Of a stretch of DNA of 64,000 nt, positions 49,625 to 62,143 are shown in pieces. The position numbers and the translations under genes were made by a program. The notes under the pieces are model-generated. The model saw only the letters and a program-made list of their open reading frames with translations. It was not told where the DNA came from and did no database searches. Position 1 is the first letter of the stretch. Each line of letters starts with the position of its first letter. This stretch comes from Ranitomeya imitator (lineage: Eukaryota): contig NC_091287.1 in assembly GCF_032444005.1 (NCBI RefSeq), forward strand, positions 42,470,001-42,534,000. The letters are read 5' to 3'.

Positions 49625-51933
49625 TGCTAAGAACAACTTATGCAACCAAGCCAAGGCTTTTTTATTTCACTAGACTATCACCACAGCCAGGCCTAAAACT
49701 TGTGTACACTGACATATGTACATATATTCAGCGATAACACAATATGGTTAAGCAACATCAACAAAAGGTAAGAACAAGCAATTTATATTTAGGTCTCCAA
49801 AGTACTACAGAAGGCCAGAATTATATCTACAACATTAAAGGAGACAAGATGTAGCAGTACTGGGGCTCATTTTGTCAGTTTCTACATTTGACTATTTGTA
49901 GGCTCTCACCATGGAGCACACTCTGCTCTTCATCTAATTAATAAGGTGTAATCCTGTTCTGTAACCTGCTATGTAGGTCCACCTATTTTTTTTTGCTTAG
50001 TAAATGGCAACTGCATTTACCTTTTTGTTTTTGCCCTTGACCTTTTTTTGGAGGGATGCAGTGATTCAAACATTTTTTTAAATAATCTAAATTTGTATTT
50101 TATTTTATTTTTTTTCTTATTAATAATACTAAAATAATGTACATCACTATTAGGAATCTGCCTTTTACAGCAGTAGGCACAACACTGACAATTAAATGCT
50201 TAATATACATATATCAGTAGCATAGATGACTTAGCAACAGTGGTTACCACTACAGAAAATGTTTAAATGTAAATTTACACCAAACATGACACAAAGGCTT
50301 TCTAAGTATAGCTGTGCCACGTTTGAGCAGAGAGTAATTAAAAACACAAATGCATAGTGTATACATATTATACAGATATTTACAGGTTTACTAGACACCT
50401 GTTATCATGGGTGTGTTTGCAATTCAACAAAAAGGGCCTTAAATGTTGCTCCCAGACAGTTTTTTTTATATAATTAATTGTCAGACAAATAGGTAGGCCT
50501 ACAGGCTTTAATATTTTGGCACTGATACTCAAACCCTGACACACTTGCTGCATGAGAAAGTCAAACATTTGTGGGGGCCTTTTTCCTACAAAAATCCTGA
50601 TTCATGTAAATTATTCTGAACACACATATGCAGCATGATTTATAGCTTTCTTGCAACTTTCCAATGTTAAACCTAGTTGAAATATATCATCTGTTGTTCT
50701 CCCTGGATTTTATTGAAATAGTCATATGTGAATTTGAAGTTGTTTTTGTGTCACACATTCAATAAAACAGAAAATGGATGAAATAATGACAACTGATTCC
50801 CAATTGGTTTTGCTTTCCCTTGCATTTTTTATGGATATAAAATCGGATCCAAGATATATATTTTTCCACAGATACTATTCTTTTTGTCAACTCTGTAATT
50901 GGTATAAGTTATTGGTTCTCACTAAAGGTAATAGACATTAATGTTCCTCTCATTTTGCTGCAAGGATTAATACAGGATTATACTGAGAATGAGTAATTGA
51001 ATAAAACCTGTATATGCCAGTTATATGGATATATTTTAATCAATATCTTTTAAGCATTCCTTTCATAATTATTATTGTGATATAGTTTACAGTTCAGCAG
51101 TAGAAACATCTAGAAACAAGAAAAATAAGAAGCCAAGTAAGAATATAGATGTTTAACTAGTTTGGACTTTGGTGGATACATTAAATCCCCAACTGGTGTA
51201 AAACTATTTTGAAATATCTCTGCCTAATTTTCCTGCAGAATAACTTTTAATAAATGTCCCCTCTGACCCCTCAGTATCAGAATACAGTGCATGAGACATT
51301 ATCTGAGTCACATGTACCTTACCATAAAAGTCTTTTTTCCACAAACAGTATTTTAAAGCATAATTTTAAAATTTCTGATAATAGCCTACATATATTAGAA
51401 ATTAATAATTGATACTCAAATTTTAAGATATGTGCAGTAACCCTGTATTAATAATATTAATAATTGTAACCTATTTTCTACTATTTTGTGTCAAATACTA
51501 TTAGATTCAATCGTCAGTGTGATACTAGTACAGTAAATTATTGAAGTGTACTGCTGCTATATGTATATGTACTTTTCTTGAAATGTATATATTTCACTTT
51601 TTTACTCTTACTTCTATATCATGTAGGATAATTTGAAGACAGTTTCCAAAATTTATTAATACGCCATAATACTTAACACATTAAAAAAACCATTGTTTTA
51701 AGAGGATCTGACTTAGTTTGAGGCCTTAAATATTACACATTGTCTTAATGTCCTAAGCCCTACATACTTGTGTTCTTAATTCATTTTCTACAGCAAACTT
51801 TTCCACAGTCTAAGTAAAAACTATGTGTGCTGCCTGCCTTTTGCATATATACATATATATTCAAAAAGGAAGGTAGCACACTGCTTACAGATATCAAAGG
51901 TGCAAACAAACTTTGAATCAACCCATAGGTGCA

Positions 51934-51973
51934 AAAGCAACGTTTCGGCACCACAGAGCCTTTTTCAAGCCCT
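51934..51973 (-). ncRNA. Hammerhead-like motif, U3-A8 core variant (PLE type)
   Basis: Minus strand AGGGC-TTGAAAA-A-GGC-TCTGTGGT-GCC-GAAAC-GT-T-GCTTT. Confidence 0.5.
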
Positions 51974-52355
51974 GGACCTTATATGACCAGTACTTCTTAC
52001 CTATTGTGTCACTCCTATTTTCGTAGAGATTGCAAGCTTGCGAACAGGGCCCACACTCCTCCTTTAACTGTTGAACTATTGGTAATGTCTTTATTGTCTG
52101 TATATGCCCCCGCTTAATTGTAAAGTACTACAGAATTTGTTGGCTCTATCAAAATAAAATCATTACTGTTTTGCACACGTGGGCTAATGAAATTCTGCTT
52201 GGACTTGTGATATCTATATGCAGTGTGTTGCCTGCCTTTTTTGTACTTATATGACTTCTAGGCTTCTAGGCTGTAACTAGCAGGCTCGCACCTATCAGTA
52301 ACATTTTGAAGGCTGTGCTGCCTCTTGAATAAATAAATATATATATATATAAAAT

Positions 52356-52419
<64 letters not shown>

Positions 52420-52802
52420 CCATGGATTTGTTTTACCGGTACTCATGTTCTTGACTCTCATTAATATATATTGTACTTAGGCCACTAGCTCACTACTGTT
52501 CACCTATTCATTTCCATTAGTAATGTATGTCTGTGATACACAAACTGTAGGCATTTGTATAACCAATATCTGTTTATGTGATCATAAAAAAAACTTTTTT
52601 GTGAGGGGCCTATCAAATGGAATCAAATTTAAAAAAAATCCTCCAAATTGACATAACTTTATTCATGTTATACTCAGTTTACATCTGTAGCACAAAAGTC
52701 ACACAGCAAAAACAAACAAACAAAAAAATTAGTGTGATTGTGGCATAATGGCTCAATAATGTTTATAATATATATTTCACTCTTGTGCAATTGACTGAGT
52801 AA

Positions 52803-53195
52803 GGCCGGGCTCACACTTGCGAGAGCAAAGCGAGAAACTCATGCAAGCACGGGGGTAACTACAACAGGTGCAGGGGTTGCAGTCGTACCCGGGCCCTGGA
52901 GTCTAGGGGGCCTTAAAAGTTCCTTTGGCCTATAGAAAAAGACTATTGCTATTAAAGATTTAAAATATTTTTGGGGCCCCATTGAAGCTTTCGCATGGGG
53001 CCCATGAGTTTCAAGTTACGCCACTGTGTGCAGGTCTCTCGCATCAATACCTGGCACAGCCACCGGCACTCGGGACCGGAGCGTGCGGCTGCATAGAAAT
53101 ACATGCAGTCACACACTCCGGTCCCAAGTGTCGGCGGCAGTGCCAGGTATTGATGCGAGGTTTCTCGCATTGCTCTCGCAAGTTTGACCCTGGCC
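52803..53195. mobile_element. Harbinger-type MITE (TSD TAA/TAA) with a nested ~180-bp element ending GTTACGCCACTG (~52849-53026)
   Basis: GGCCGGGCTCACACTTGCGAG...CTCGCAAGTTTGACCCTGGCC; same family as 15504-15674 but longer because of the insert. Confidence 0.75.
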
Positions 53196-53208
53196 TAATT
53201 GATTTATA

Positions 53209-53374
53209 CCATTATTATTATTATTATTTATTATAGCACCATTTATTCCATAGCGCTTTACATGTGAGGAGGGGTATACATAATAAAAACAAGTACAATA
53301 ATCTTGAACAATACAAGTCACAACTGGTACAGGAGGAGAGAGGACCCTGCCCGCGAGGGCTCACAATCTACAAG
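53209..53374 (-). mobile_element. L2 LINE 3' fragment
   Basis: About 95% identical to 55449-55611 over ~140 bp; (AAT)n tail. Confidence 0.8.
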
Positions 53375-54824
53375 ACCATGTCATCCATTTGAATTCATGT
53401 TATAATCAGATTTTTGCACCTTGGGTCTACTTTCAGGACCCACATAGGGAAACATGAGCATGCATTTTGGATCCTGAAAGAAAATATATAAATAATACAT
53501 TTTTGAGTGAATTAATATAAACTAAACTTTTTTTTCTCCGACCATGGGATAACTGAAAATATTGTTTCCTATATGCTTCGCTTCACAATAAACGTGTAAA
53601 ACCCCCCACATAAAGCATAAAACAGTAAGATAAGTCCTCACTCAGACGTCCGATTATCATGTGTGTGTTATATCCATTGTTACACTTACACATTATAGGC
53701 TATGGGTTTTTCACATATTCGTGGATTTTTTTTTTTTTGCACACCGCATGTCCACAAGAAAAATCACAACAACAGATCTGTTTTTGATCATCGTCATGGA
53801 TCAAAATTATCCATAGACGTTTATAACTCCAAGAAGATCCTGGATAGCACACGTATGACATCAGTGTACCATCCGTGTACTGTCTGTGATTATCTTTGCA
53901 ATGTATAGGAGAAGATGTGCGATTTAGTTATTTTTCTTAATTGAAAATCACTTATGAAACACTGATGCTAATAGCTTACACACTGACTAAAAAGTGATTT
54001 ACACATTGGTGAATAACACTCCCTGTTTTTACATACAAAAAAAACATGGAGGTCTGAACTAGGCCTAAATCTGACAGTTTAAATAAGTGCCACAATAGCA
54101 ACAATTATCACTAATGGTAATGACTAGGCCTTGTTTCTATTTATATGGCCATCCGGTATTCTTTCCACTTAGTGTGCCACAAAAATGCCAGAAGGAAACT
54201 GATGTGGGTGACTGGATCCCACAGTCTTCTATGGGATCGTTCCCATTCATTCGCTGCATTATTTCAAGGAGCTGAATTGGAAAACCCTACCCTACACCTC
54301 TATTTTTTTCAGTGTTTTAAAAAAGCATTGTTACTTTCAAAAGTTTATCTTTGCTTAATATGTTATCTATTTTTTTTTTTTTTTCCTTTTTTTCCTTCCA
54401 GAAATTCTAAAGGAAAGTTTATCGGAGAAAAACTGGGAAAAAAAGTCATACCCAGGGCATCTAGCATTAGAAAAAAAAACCACAAACCTGAACACATTTT
54501 ATACAGTCAATTTTAGATAATAAGCTACAGAAACCCTACAAAAATGTTTTTTTTTTTTCATGACAAAGTGTGACGAGTAAGCTTTAAAACAATGCCAGCT
54601 ATTTGCACTTTTATGGTTACAGACCAGGCACTTTAAAGAAAAGTAAAGAACACTGTCAGATTAGGATTAGATTATGTGTGTATGTTTTTCTATCGATTTA
54701 CCAATAATCTGCACATTTTGTTTGTATTAATTCTGAAATTTGGATGTATTATTACTATGGGGAAATAATTTTGGCTATGGCTGTTGTGTTTTTTTTTTTT
54801 ACATTAGGACAGTCATGAACATAA

Positions 54825-55066
54825 GGCAGCATGGTGGCTCAGTGGTTAGCACTGCATCCTTGCAGCGCTGGGGTCCTGGGTTCATATCCCACCAAAGACA
54901 ACATCTGCAAGGGGTTTGTATGTTCTCCCCGTGCTTGCGTGGGTTTTCTTCCACACGCCAAAGACTGATAGGGATTCTAGATTGTGAGCCCCAATGGGGA
55001 GAGTGCCAATAATGTTTGTAAAGCGCTGAGGAGTTAATGGCGGTATATAAATGAGTAAAATAAATA
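54825..55066 (+). mobile_element. tRNA-derived V-SINE with L2-type tail
   Basis: Box A (GGTGGCTCAGTGG) and box B (GGTTCATATCCC), V-domain-like TTTGTATGTTCTCCCCGTGCTTGCGTGGGTTT, tail TGTAAAGCGCTG...TATATAAAT. Confidence 0.82.
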
Positions 55067-55279
55067 CAAAATTAAAACATACTTTCCATGTTTACTTAGG
55101 CCTTGGACTATGCTAAATTCAGGTCAATATCATGGTATATGGCTAATTAAGTCTAGCTGACATTTTCCAAATACTTGGAATAACTTGAATTTTTTTCTAT
55201 CTACAACCCTCTGACATTAGGTTTCTTCTTTAAGCCTTGGAAATACATTGCAGAAGTTTTTTTAAGCTTTTTTTGTTAT

Positions 55280-57900
55280 GCTTTTTGCTGTCATTTATCT
55301 CTTGTAGAATAATTTATGTCACACGCGGTGAATTTCTGATAGGAATATTGCTGCAAATATTCATAAAATGTCACAAAAATGGATGGCGTGAGACAGGGAT
55401 TTTTTTTCTTATAACTTTTTGAGGAAAAATCTCATGCATCTCATACAATTATTATTATTATTTATTATTATAGCGCCATTTAATCCATGGCGCTTTACAT
55501 GTGAGGAGGGGTATACATAATAAAAACAAGTACAGTAATCTTAAACAATACAAGTCACAGCTGGTACAGGAGGAGAGAGGACCCTGCCCGCGAAGGCTCA
55601 CAATCTACAAGGGATGGGTGAGGATGCAGTAGGCGAGGGTAGAGCTGGTCGTGCAGCGGTTTGGTCGATTGGTGGTTACTGCAGGTTGTAGGCTTGTCGA
55701 AAGTTAGTTTCTGTGAGGAACATTACCTCCAAAAGTCTCGAAAAGTTGGAAAATGGATGTCAAGACGAGGTGTGATTTCTTTCCTCTACATCACTTACTA
55801 TTATTTTATGACAGGAACACTACCTCAAAAGTTGTAAGATGTCCTAAAATGGATGATGTGAGGTGTTACTTCTTTCATACCTCTTTTTAAAGAAGGCAAA
55901 ATGACATCAAAGATGATGAATTCCTATCAGGAATATTACCTGAAAAGTAAAAAAATGGCACAAAATAGATTGTCAGGTATGAGTTATTTATTTTAATGTA
56001 ATGTTACATCACAGTTTCTGATAGTAATATTTAATAATAATAAAAAAGTCAGAAAATATCACAAAATGGTTGACGTGAGGTAAGCATGGTTTCTTTCTTA
56101 GATTGTTCTGAGGTAATGGTATGTCACAGACTGACAGGAACAAGTCATAAGACATCAGAAATGGAGGTGTAATGTTTTTCTTATGGCTTTTCTTGTTAAC
56201 ATTACATCACAGATGATGGATTTTTGGAAGGAATATCATCTCAAAAGTCATAAGATGTCACAACATGGATGATGTGCGCTCTCAGGTTTTTTCACATAAC
56301 TTTTCGAGGTAATATTGCATCATGGACAATGAATGTCTGAAAGGAAAATAACCTAAAAAATCATAAGACGTCACGAAATGCTTGAAGCATGAGGTGTGAT
56401 TTCTTTCTTGAGATGTATTGAGGTAATGTTATGTCACCCACAATTTCTGACAGGAATGTTACCTCAAAAAGTCAAAAGAAGTCACGCAATCGATGACGTA
56501 TGAAGCGTGAGGTTTTTTTTTACGTAAATGTAAGCCATAGTTAATTTCTGACAGGAATATTACTTAAAAAAGCTGTAAAATGTAACAAAATGGATGATGT
56601 GAGGTAAGCATGACATCTTTCTTACGACGTTTTGAGGTACACAAAATGGATGAATTGTGAGTTCTTTCTTCAGAGATGTTGAGGTGATATTACATCACAG
56701 ACAATTTCTGACAGGAATTTTACCTCAAAAGACACCACAAAAATGTTTAACGTGAGGTAATAAGTGACATTTGTGATTTAATCATGAATTTTTGAGGTAA
56801 TATTACTGATAATTTCTGACAAGAATATCACCTAAAAAAGTCAAAGGAAGTCACATAATGGAAGACGATGTGCTGTGTGTGTTTTTGTGTCCTATGACTT
56901 TTGGCGGTAATATTACATCACAATGTTTGTGACAGGAATATTACTCAAAAAGTCTTAAAATGTCACAAAATGGAGTTTTTGGGATAACATGTCACAGACA
57001 ATATGCAAGATGTGATTTATTTCTTATGACTTTTTAAGGTATTATTACGTCATTTCATCTTTGCCTGATTATTACCTTGAAAAGTCAAACTATGTCACAA
57101 AATCGACGACATGTGAGGTGTGTGATTTCTTTCATATGAATTTTTAAGGTGCTATTATGCAAAAGACAAATAATTTTGGATAATTTTACCCCAAAAAGTC
57201 ACAAAACGTCACAGATTGTCTCATGGCGTCTTGAGGCACAAAAAATGGATGAAGCGTGAGGTGCGGGTTCTTAATTTTGACATTTTGAGGTAATATTACT
57301 TCTCAAATTCTGTCAGGAATATTATCCCTCCAGAGTCAATGGATGAGGTACTAGATGATGTGTGAGGTGTTATATATTTTTTGAAGAAATATTTTGCACG
57401 CCACAGACAAGAATATTACCTCAAAAGTAATTAAAAACAAAGTCACACAAAGATGACGTACGAGGTGTTTTATTTCCTATGACTTTCTGAGGTAATAACA
57501 CGTCACATACATTTTGTCCCTGACAGGAATATTGCCTTAAAAAGTATTAAGATGTCACAAAATGGATGCCGGGAAACAATTACGCCTCATGGCTTTTCGA
57601 GATAAATATTATGTCACAGGAAATTTGTGAGGGGTGATTTATTTCTTATGACTTTTTTGGGCCAATTTTCGATCTGAGACGCACTAATATAACTCAATAG
57701 GGCTGTTCAGGTAACCGTATTTTTTTTTTTTTCATGGATGATAGTCGGTCGATTTCTTTTTATATGTGTAAAATTAGGTATAATTATATCAAAGAAAATA
57801 AATTTCTGACAAGAATATTATCTAAAATAGTCATAAAACTTCACAAAATGGAGGATGTGAGAGAAGTGCGAGCTCTTTCTTGTCACTTTTTGAGGCAAGT
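55280..57900. repeat. Degenerate ~100-115 bp satellite (~20 units), each unit with an internal inverted repeat
   Basis: CAAAATGGATGATGTGAGG recurs every ~100-115 bp with TGACTTTTGAGGTAATATT...AATATTACCTCAAAAGTCA arms. Confidence 0.85.
55449..55701 (-). mobile_element. L2 LINE 3' fragment inserted into the satellite
   Basis: Minus strand encodes ...FRQAYNLQ* (L2 ORF2 C-terminus-like), followed by 3'UTR and an (AAT)n tail. Confidence 0.8.
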
Positions 57901-58049
57901 TTCCTTTTCTTATGTCCAGGTGAAATATTTTTGCTAGAAAAGTTGCACCATTTTATTTCCCAGGATGTACTGTGCTGTGTAAACTGTACACGACTTTATT
58001 AACGTATCTGCAGACATGTTTCACGCACTCACTCTGCTGCGTCACACAA

Positions 58050-58435
58050 CTGTCTTCCCGCCCTCGGGGGAAAACGCGGCTTTTTTTTTTTTTTTAAACA
58101 CGTGACGACACCGACTTAGTGACCTCACACTGTCCAACGTTCAACGTGCCCTGCTGTTGTTATAGCAACAGACAAGCAACCCCTCCTTCCTGGCGAGAGG
58201 CTTTTTGGAACGGCCCACTCGATGTAGAATGTAGGGGGAGGAGGTGACGTCAGAAGGGCCTGGACTACACGTGTCGTTTAACATTACCTCCCCCTAGAAA
58301 TGCAGAACGTTTCGAAGCGTCCTCTTCCGCTGGTGTCACCATGGAGACGGATACGTTGTTAGGCGCAAACCAAAGAGGCATCCTGGAGACAGACAACAGC
58401 TCCTGACACAGCGGTGAAGTGTGCATCGTCCAGCC
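58050..58435 (+). promoter_or_regulatory. SPAG6 promoter: X-boxes GTTGTTATAGCAAC (58156-58169) and GTCACCATGGAGAC (58335-58348), CRE TGACGTCA (58245-58252), E2F-like TTCCCGCC (58055-58062), E-boxes at 58099 and 58268
   Basis: Motifs read directly; RFX X-boxes are typical of ciliary gene promoters. Confidence 0.75.
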
Positions 58436-58460
58436 ATGAGCCAGCGGCAGGTCCTGCAAG
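58436..58460 (+). CDS. SPAG6: SPAG6 first coding exon (MSQRQVLQ + phase 1); rest of gene not seen in the window
   Basis: GCC-ATG AGC CAG CGG CAG GTC CTG CAA G|GTAACG matches the SPAG6 N-terminus MSQRQVLQV. It is in the expected syntenic position downstream of BMI1. Confidence 0.88.
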
Positions 58461-58603
58461 GTAACGCTTCATACCCAGATATTAGCATTTAGTAATACTT
58501 CTGGACTTAGATTGTCATTTCTGTATCACTCCCTCTAAGTGCACTGCTACAAGACCAATTCTGATTGGTCGGTGCCCCCCATCACATTTATCACTTTATT
58601 TAA

Positions 58604-59858
58604 CCCCTTAACCTCCAGAGCTTTTTTCGTTTTTCATTTTTCGCCCCCCTCCCTCCCAGAGCCATGTTTTTTTTTTTTTTTCCCGTCAATTTGGCCATGT
58701 GAGGGCTTATTTTTTTGCGGGACGAGTTGTCCTTTTGAACACCACCATTGGTTTTACCATGACGTGCACTAGAAAACAGGAACAAAATTCCAAGTGCGGT
58801 GAAATTGCAAAAAAAAAAAGTGCAATCCCACAGTTGTTTTTTGTTTGGCTTTTTTGCTAGATTCAGTAAATGCTAAAACTAACCTGCCATTATGATTCTC
58901 CAGGTCAGTACGAGTTCATAGACACCAAACATGTCTAGGTTCTCTTTTATCTAAGGGGTGAAAAAAAATTCCAAGCTTGGCTAAAAAAAAAATAATTGCG
59001 CCATTTTCCGATACCCGTAGCGTCTCCATTTTTCGTGATCTGGGGTCGGGGGAGGGCTTATTTTTTGCGTGCCGAGCTGGCGTTTTTAATGATAGCATTT
59101 GAGTGCAGATATGTTCTTTAGATCGCTTGTTATTGCATTTTAATGCAATGTCGCGGTGACCAAAAAAAGTAATTCTGGCGTTTTGAATTTTTTTTCTCGC
59201 TATGCCGTTTAGCGATCAGGTTAATCCTTTTTTTGTTGTTGATAGATCGGGTGATACCAAATATGTGTAGGTTTGATTTTTTTTTTTTTTTTTTTTTGAA
59301 TGTAGTAAAAGTTTTTTTTTCTTACTTTTATATATTTTTTATTTTTTTCATATATTTAAAAACATTTTTTTTTACTTTTGCCATGCTTCAATAGCCTCCA
59401 TGGGAGGCTAGAAGCTGGCATAGCCTGATCGGCTCTGTTACATAGAGGCGATGCTCAGATCGCCCCTATGTAGCTGAATTACTGCATTGCTTTGAGCACC
59501 GACCACAGGGTGGTGCTCACAGCAATCTGGCGTCAACAACCATAGAGGTCTTCAGGAGACCTCTGGTAGTTATATCAACGCTCCGATGACCCCCGATCAC
59601 GTGACGGGGGTCACCACTGCGCGCATTTCTCGTCTGATGGTCGGAAGCGCTTGTTAAATGCCGCTGTCAGAGTTTGACAGCGGCATTTAACTAGTTAATA
59701 GGCGTGGGCGGAATCGCGATCCGCCCGCACCTACTAACTAGTTCAAAACAGCTGACATGTCGCAGCTTTGAGGTGGGCTCACCGCCGGAGCCCACCTCAA
59801 TGGGGGGGGGGGGGATATTGGCATCGGACATACTATTCCATCCGATGTCAGTAAGGAG
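58604..59858. mobile_element. Non-autonomous TTAA-flanked (piggyBac-like) element, ~1.25 kb
   Basis: TTAA|CCCCTTAAC...GTAAGGAG|TTAA with several internal hairpins. Confidence 0.6.
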
Positions 59859-60664
59859 TTAACTCAGCCAATCACGTTCCTGCTTCTGGCGTCAGTGCAC
59901 CAAACGTCACAGGGGCATGACAGAAGTTTTGGCGCTGGTCGCACTGACTTTGGCTATAGGGTATTAAACTCTGGTCATTTTTAGATCTCTCCTTTTTTTT
60001 CTTACTTTTGGCATCATGTGTTGATAAAGTTCTTGGCGCATATGATGATCATATCCATAGCCCACACACATTGGTCATTTATCAAAAGTGTCCTTAAGGC
60101 GTCATTCAGACGTCTGTCAATCACATACGTGTTTCATCTGTGACTTTCATAGAACATGTACCCATACCTCCCAACTTTTGAAGAACAGAAAGAGGGACAG
60201 ATCATGTGGCGCGGCATGACAAATTTTGACCACGCTCCTGGTCACACCCCAAACCATGTCGTTTTATCCTTTTCTTCTCCCCTGGCAGGAGGAGTTGTCA
60301 GAGGGGCGGTATTAGTGAGGGAGATTCTGCAGACATTGGAGACTGCAGGGCATAGACCCAAATCCGTAGACCCAAATCCGGGACTGTCCGCTGTTTCTGG
60401 GACAGTTGGGACTAAAGATGAGCGGATGGACTCACGGGTCTCTGTTCGAGCGTCCAGGTCAGTACTACCTGGCAGCTTGTTGGGAGGCCGCGGATCTCTA
60501 ACCTTGTGGAGTCTCCGGCGCGGCTTTTGTCATCTGTGCATTCTGCTCATCTCCAGATGGGACCTGTGTATTTACTTTTTGTCCTTTCATTCACAGTCAG
60601 AGCCGCCTTTCTCATCTTTACGTAGCTTCACTACATGACATCTGAGTTTTTTTTGTGTCTGTAA

Positions 60665-61056
60665 GGCCGTGTTCACATGTTGCAGAAATGCTTTTTTTTT
60701 TTTTTTTCTGCAGGATCCGCACCAAAGTACGGTACTCAATACCAATCTACTCCCCCTTAATTGATGCGTTTTTGTTGCAGATGCGAAGCCGCGTTTTGAA
60801 TGTGTTTTTTTTATAGTACAGAAAAGCTTTGATTCTGCACTTAAAAAGGTAACTGCAGTTTTTTTACATGCATTTTTTTATGCTCCACAAGACAAGAGAG
60901 AAAAAAAGCACCAAAACTGCAATGATCAGCTGTGTCCTTGGGCGCACAGCAGGCACAGTTTTCATGAAATTGCATCTACTTTGCTTGGACAGTTAATTTT
61001 TGTGCAATAAAAGCAGCAGAAAATACGCAGCATTTACGCTGCATGTGAACAAGGTC
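60665..61056. mobile_element. Harbinger-type MITE, TSD TAA/TAA
   Basis: GGCCGTGTTCACATG...CATGTGAACAAGGTC. Confidence 0.75.
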
Positions 61057-61107
61057 TAAATAAAGTGTGATGTGATTCCATGAAATCTCTGCCCTCAGTG
61101 CGTGTAA

Positions 61108-61467
61108 GGCTATGTGCACACGTTGCGGATTTGCTCTGCGGATCCGCAGCTGTTTTCCATGCGGTTTACAGTACCATGTAAACCTATGGAAAACCAAATC
61201 CGCAGTGCCCATGGTGCGGAAAATACCGCGCGGAAATGCTGCGTTGTGTTTTCCGCAGCATGTCAATTCTTTGTGCGGATTCCGCAGTATTTTACACCTG
61301 CTCCTCAATAGGAATCCACAGGTGTAAAACCGCAGGTGGAATCCGCACAAAAAACGTAGGAAATCCGCGGTTAATCCGCAGGTAAAATGCAGTGCATTTT
61401 ACCTGCGGATTTTGCAAAAACGGTATGGAAAAATCCGCACATGAATCCACAACGTGGGCACGTAGCC
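61108..61467. mobile_element. Harbinger-type MITE, TSD TAA/TAA
   Basis: GGCTATGTGCACACGTTG...CAACGTGGGCACGTAGCC; internally similar to 20625-20995. Confidence 0.85.
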
Positions 61468-62143
61468 TAAAGACGCTGCTGAACTCTGCAGTTTTGGTGC
61501 ATTTTGTCTCCATAGGCTTCTTATGAAAAAAAAACTCATGAAGAAAAAAATGCGGTTGCATTTGTAAGCACAGAATCAAAGCTTTTCTGTACTATCAAAA
61601 AAAAGTTAAAACTCTACTATAATGTAAAGTGCTGCGGAATATGTTGGCGCTATATAAATAAAAATTAGTATTAATTATTATTACTTCATATCTGCGACAA
61701 AATTACATCAAATAAGCTTGAAAAAGTCTAAAAGAAACACAGCAAACACGCCATAACCAGAGAAGATTGTTATTGTGTTGTGTGGTGTGGACACCCGCAG
61801 AAAAAAGCATCAGAAAGAACACAGCATTTACGCTACATGTGGACCCGGCCTCAGCATTACAGTTTTATTACATTTTTATGGGTTGAATAGTGAAAAATAT
61901 CAATCACGCCATTTTTTAACGTTATTTAACGATCCCAGTAAATTATGTGATCACTGTGTTGCATGGGGCATTACTATTACAGGGACGCCAAATATGTCTG
62001 TGTTATTTGATGATTTGTGATGTTTATTATTTAAAAAACGCATTAAAAATGACATTTTTTTCCATTATCAAGTGTTTGTCATTATTATTTTTTAGTAATT
62101 TTATAGGATGATAACATCTCTTATTCTCCTTCTAGAATACAAA

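Noticed and set aside
49352-49737. Poly-Tyr and poly-Asn ORFs
   Set aside because: Translations of the (AAT)n microsatellite.
55280-57900. Palindromic repeat array as CRISPR-like
   Set aside because: Vertebrate context, the whole unit is repeated with high divergence, and there are no unique spacers or cas genes.
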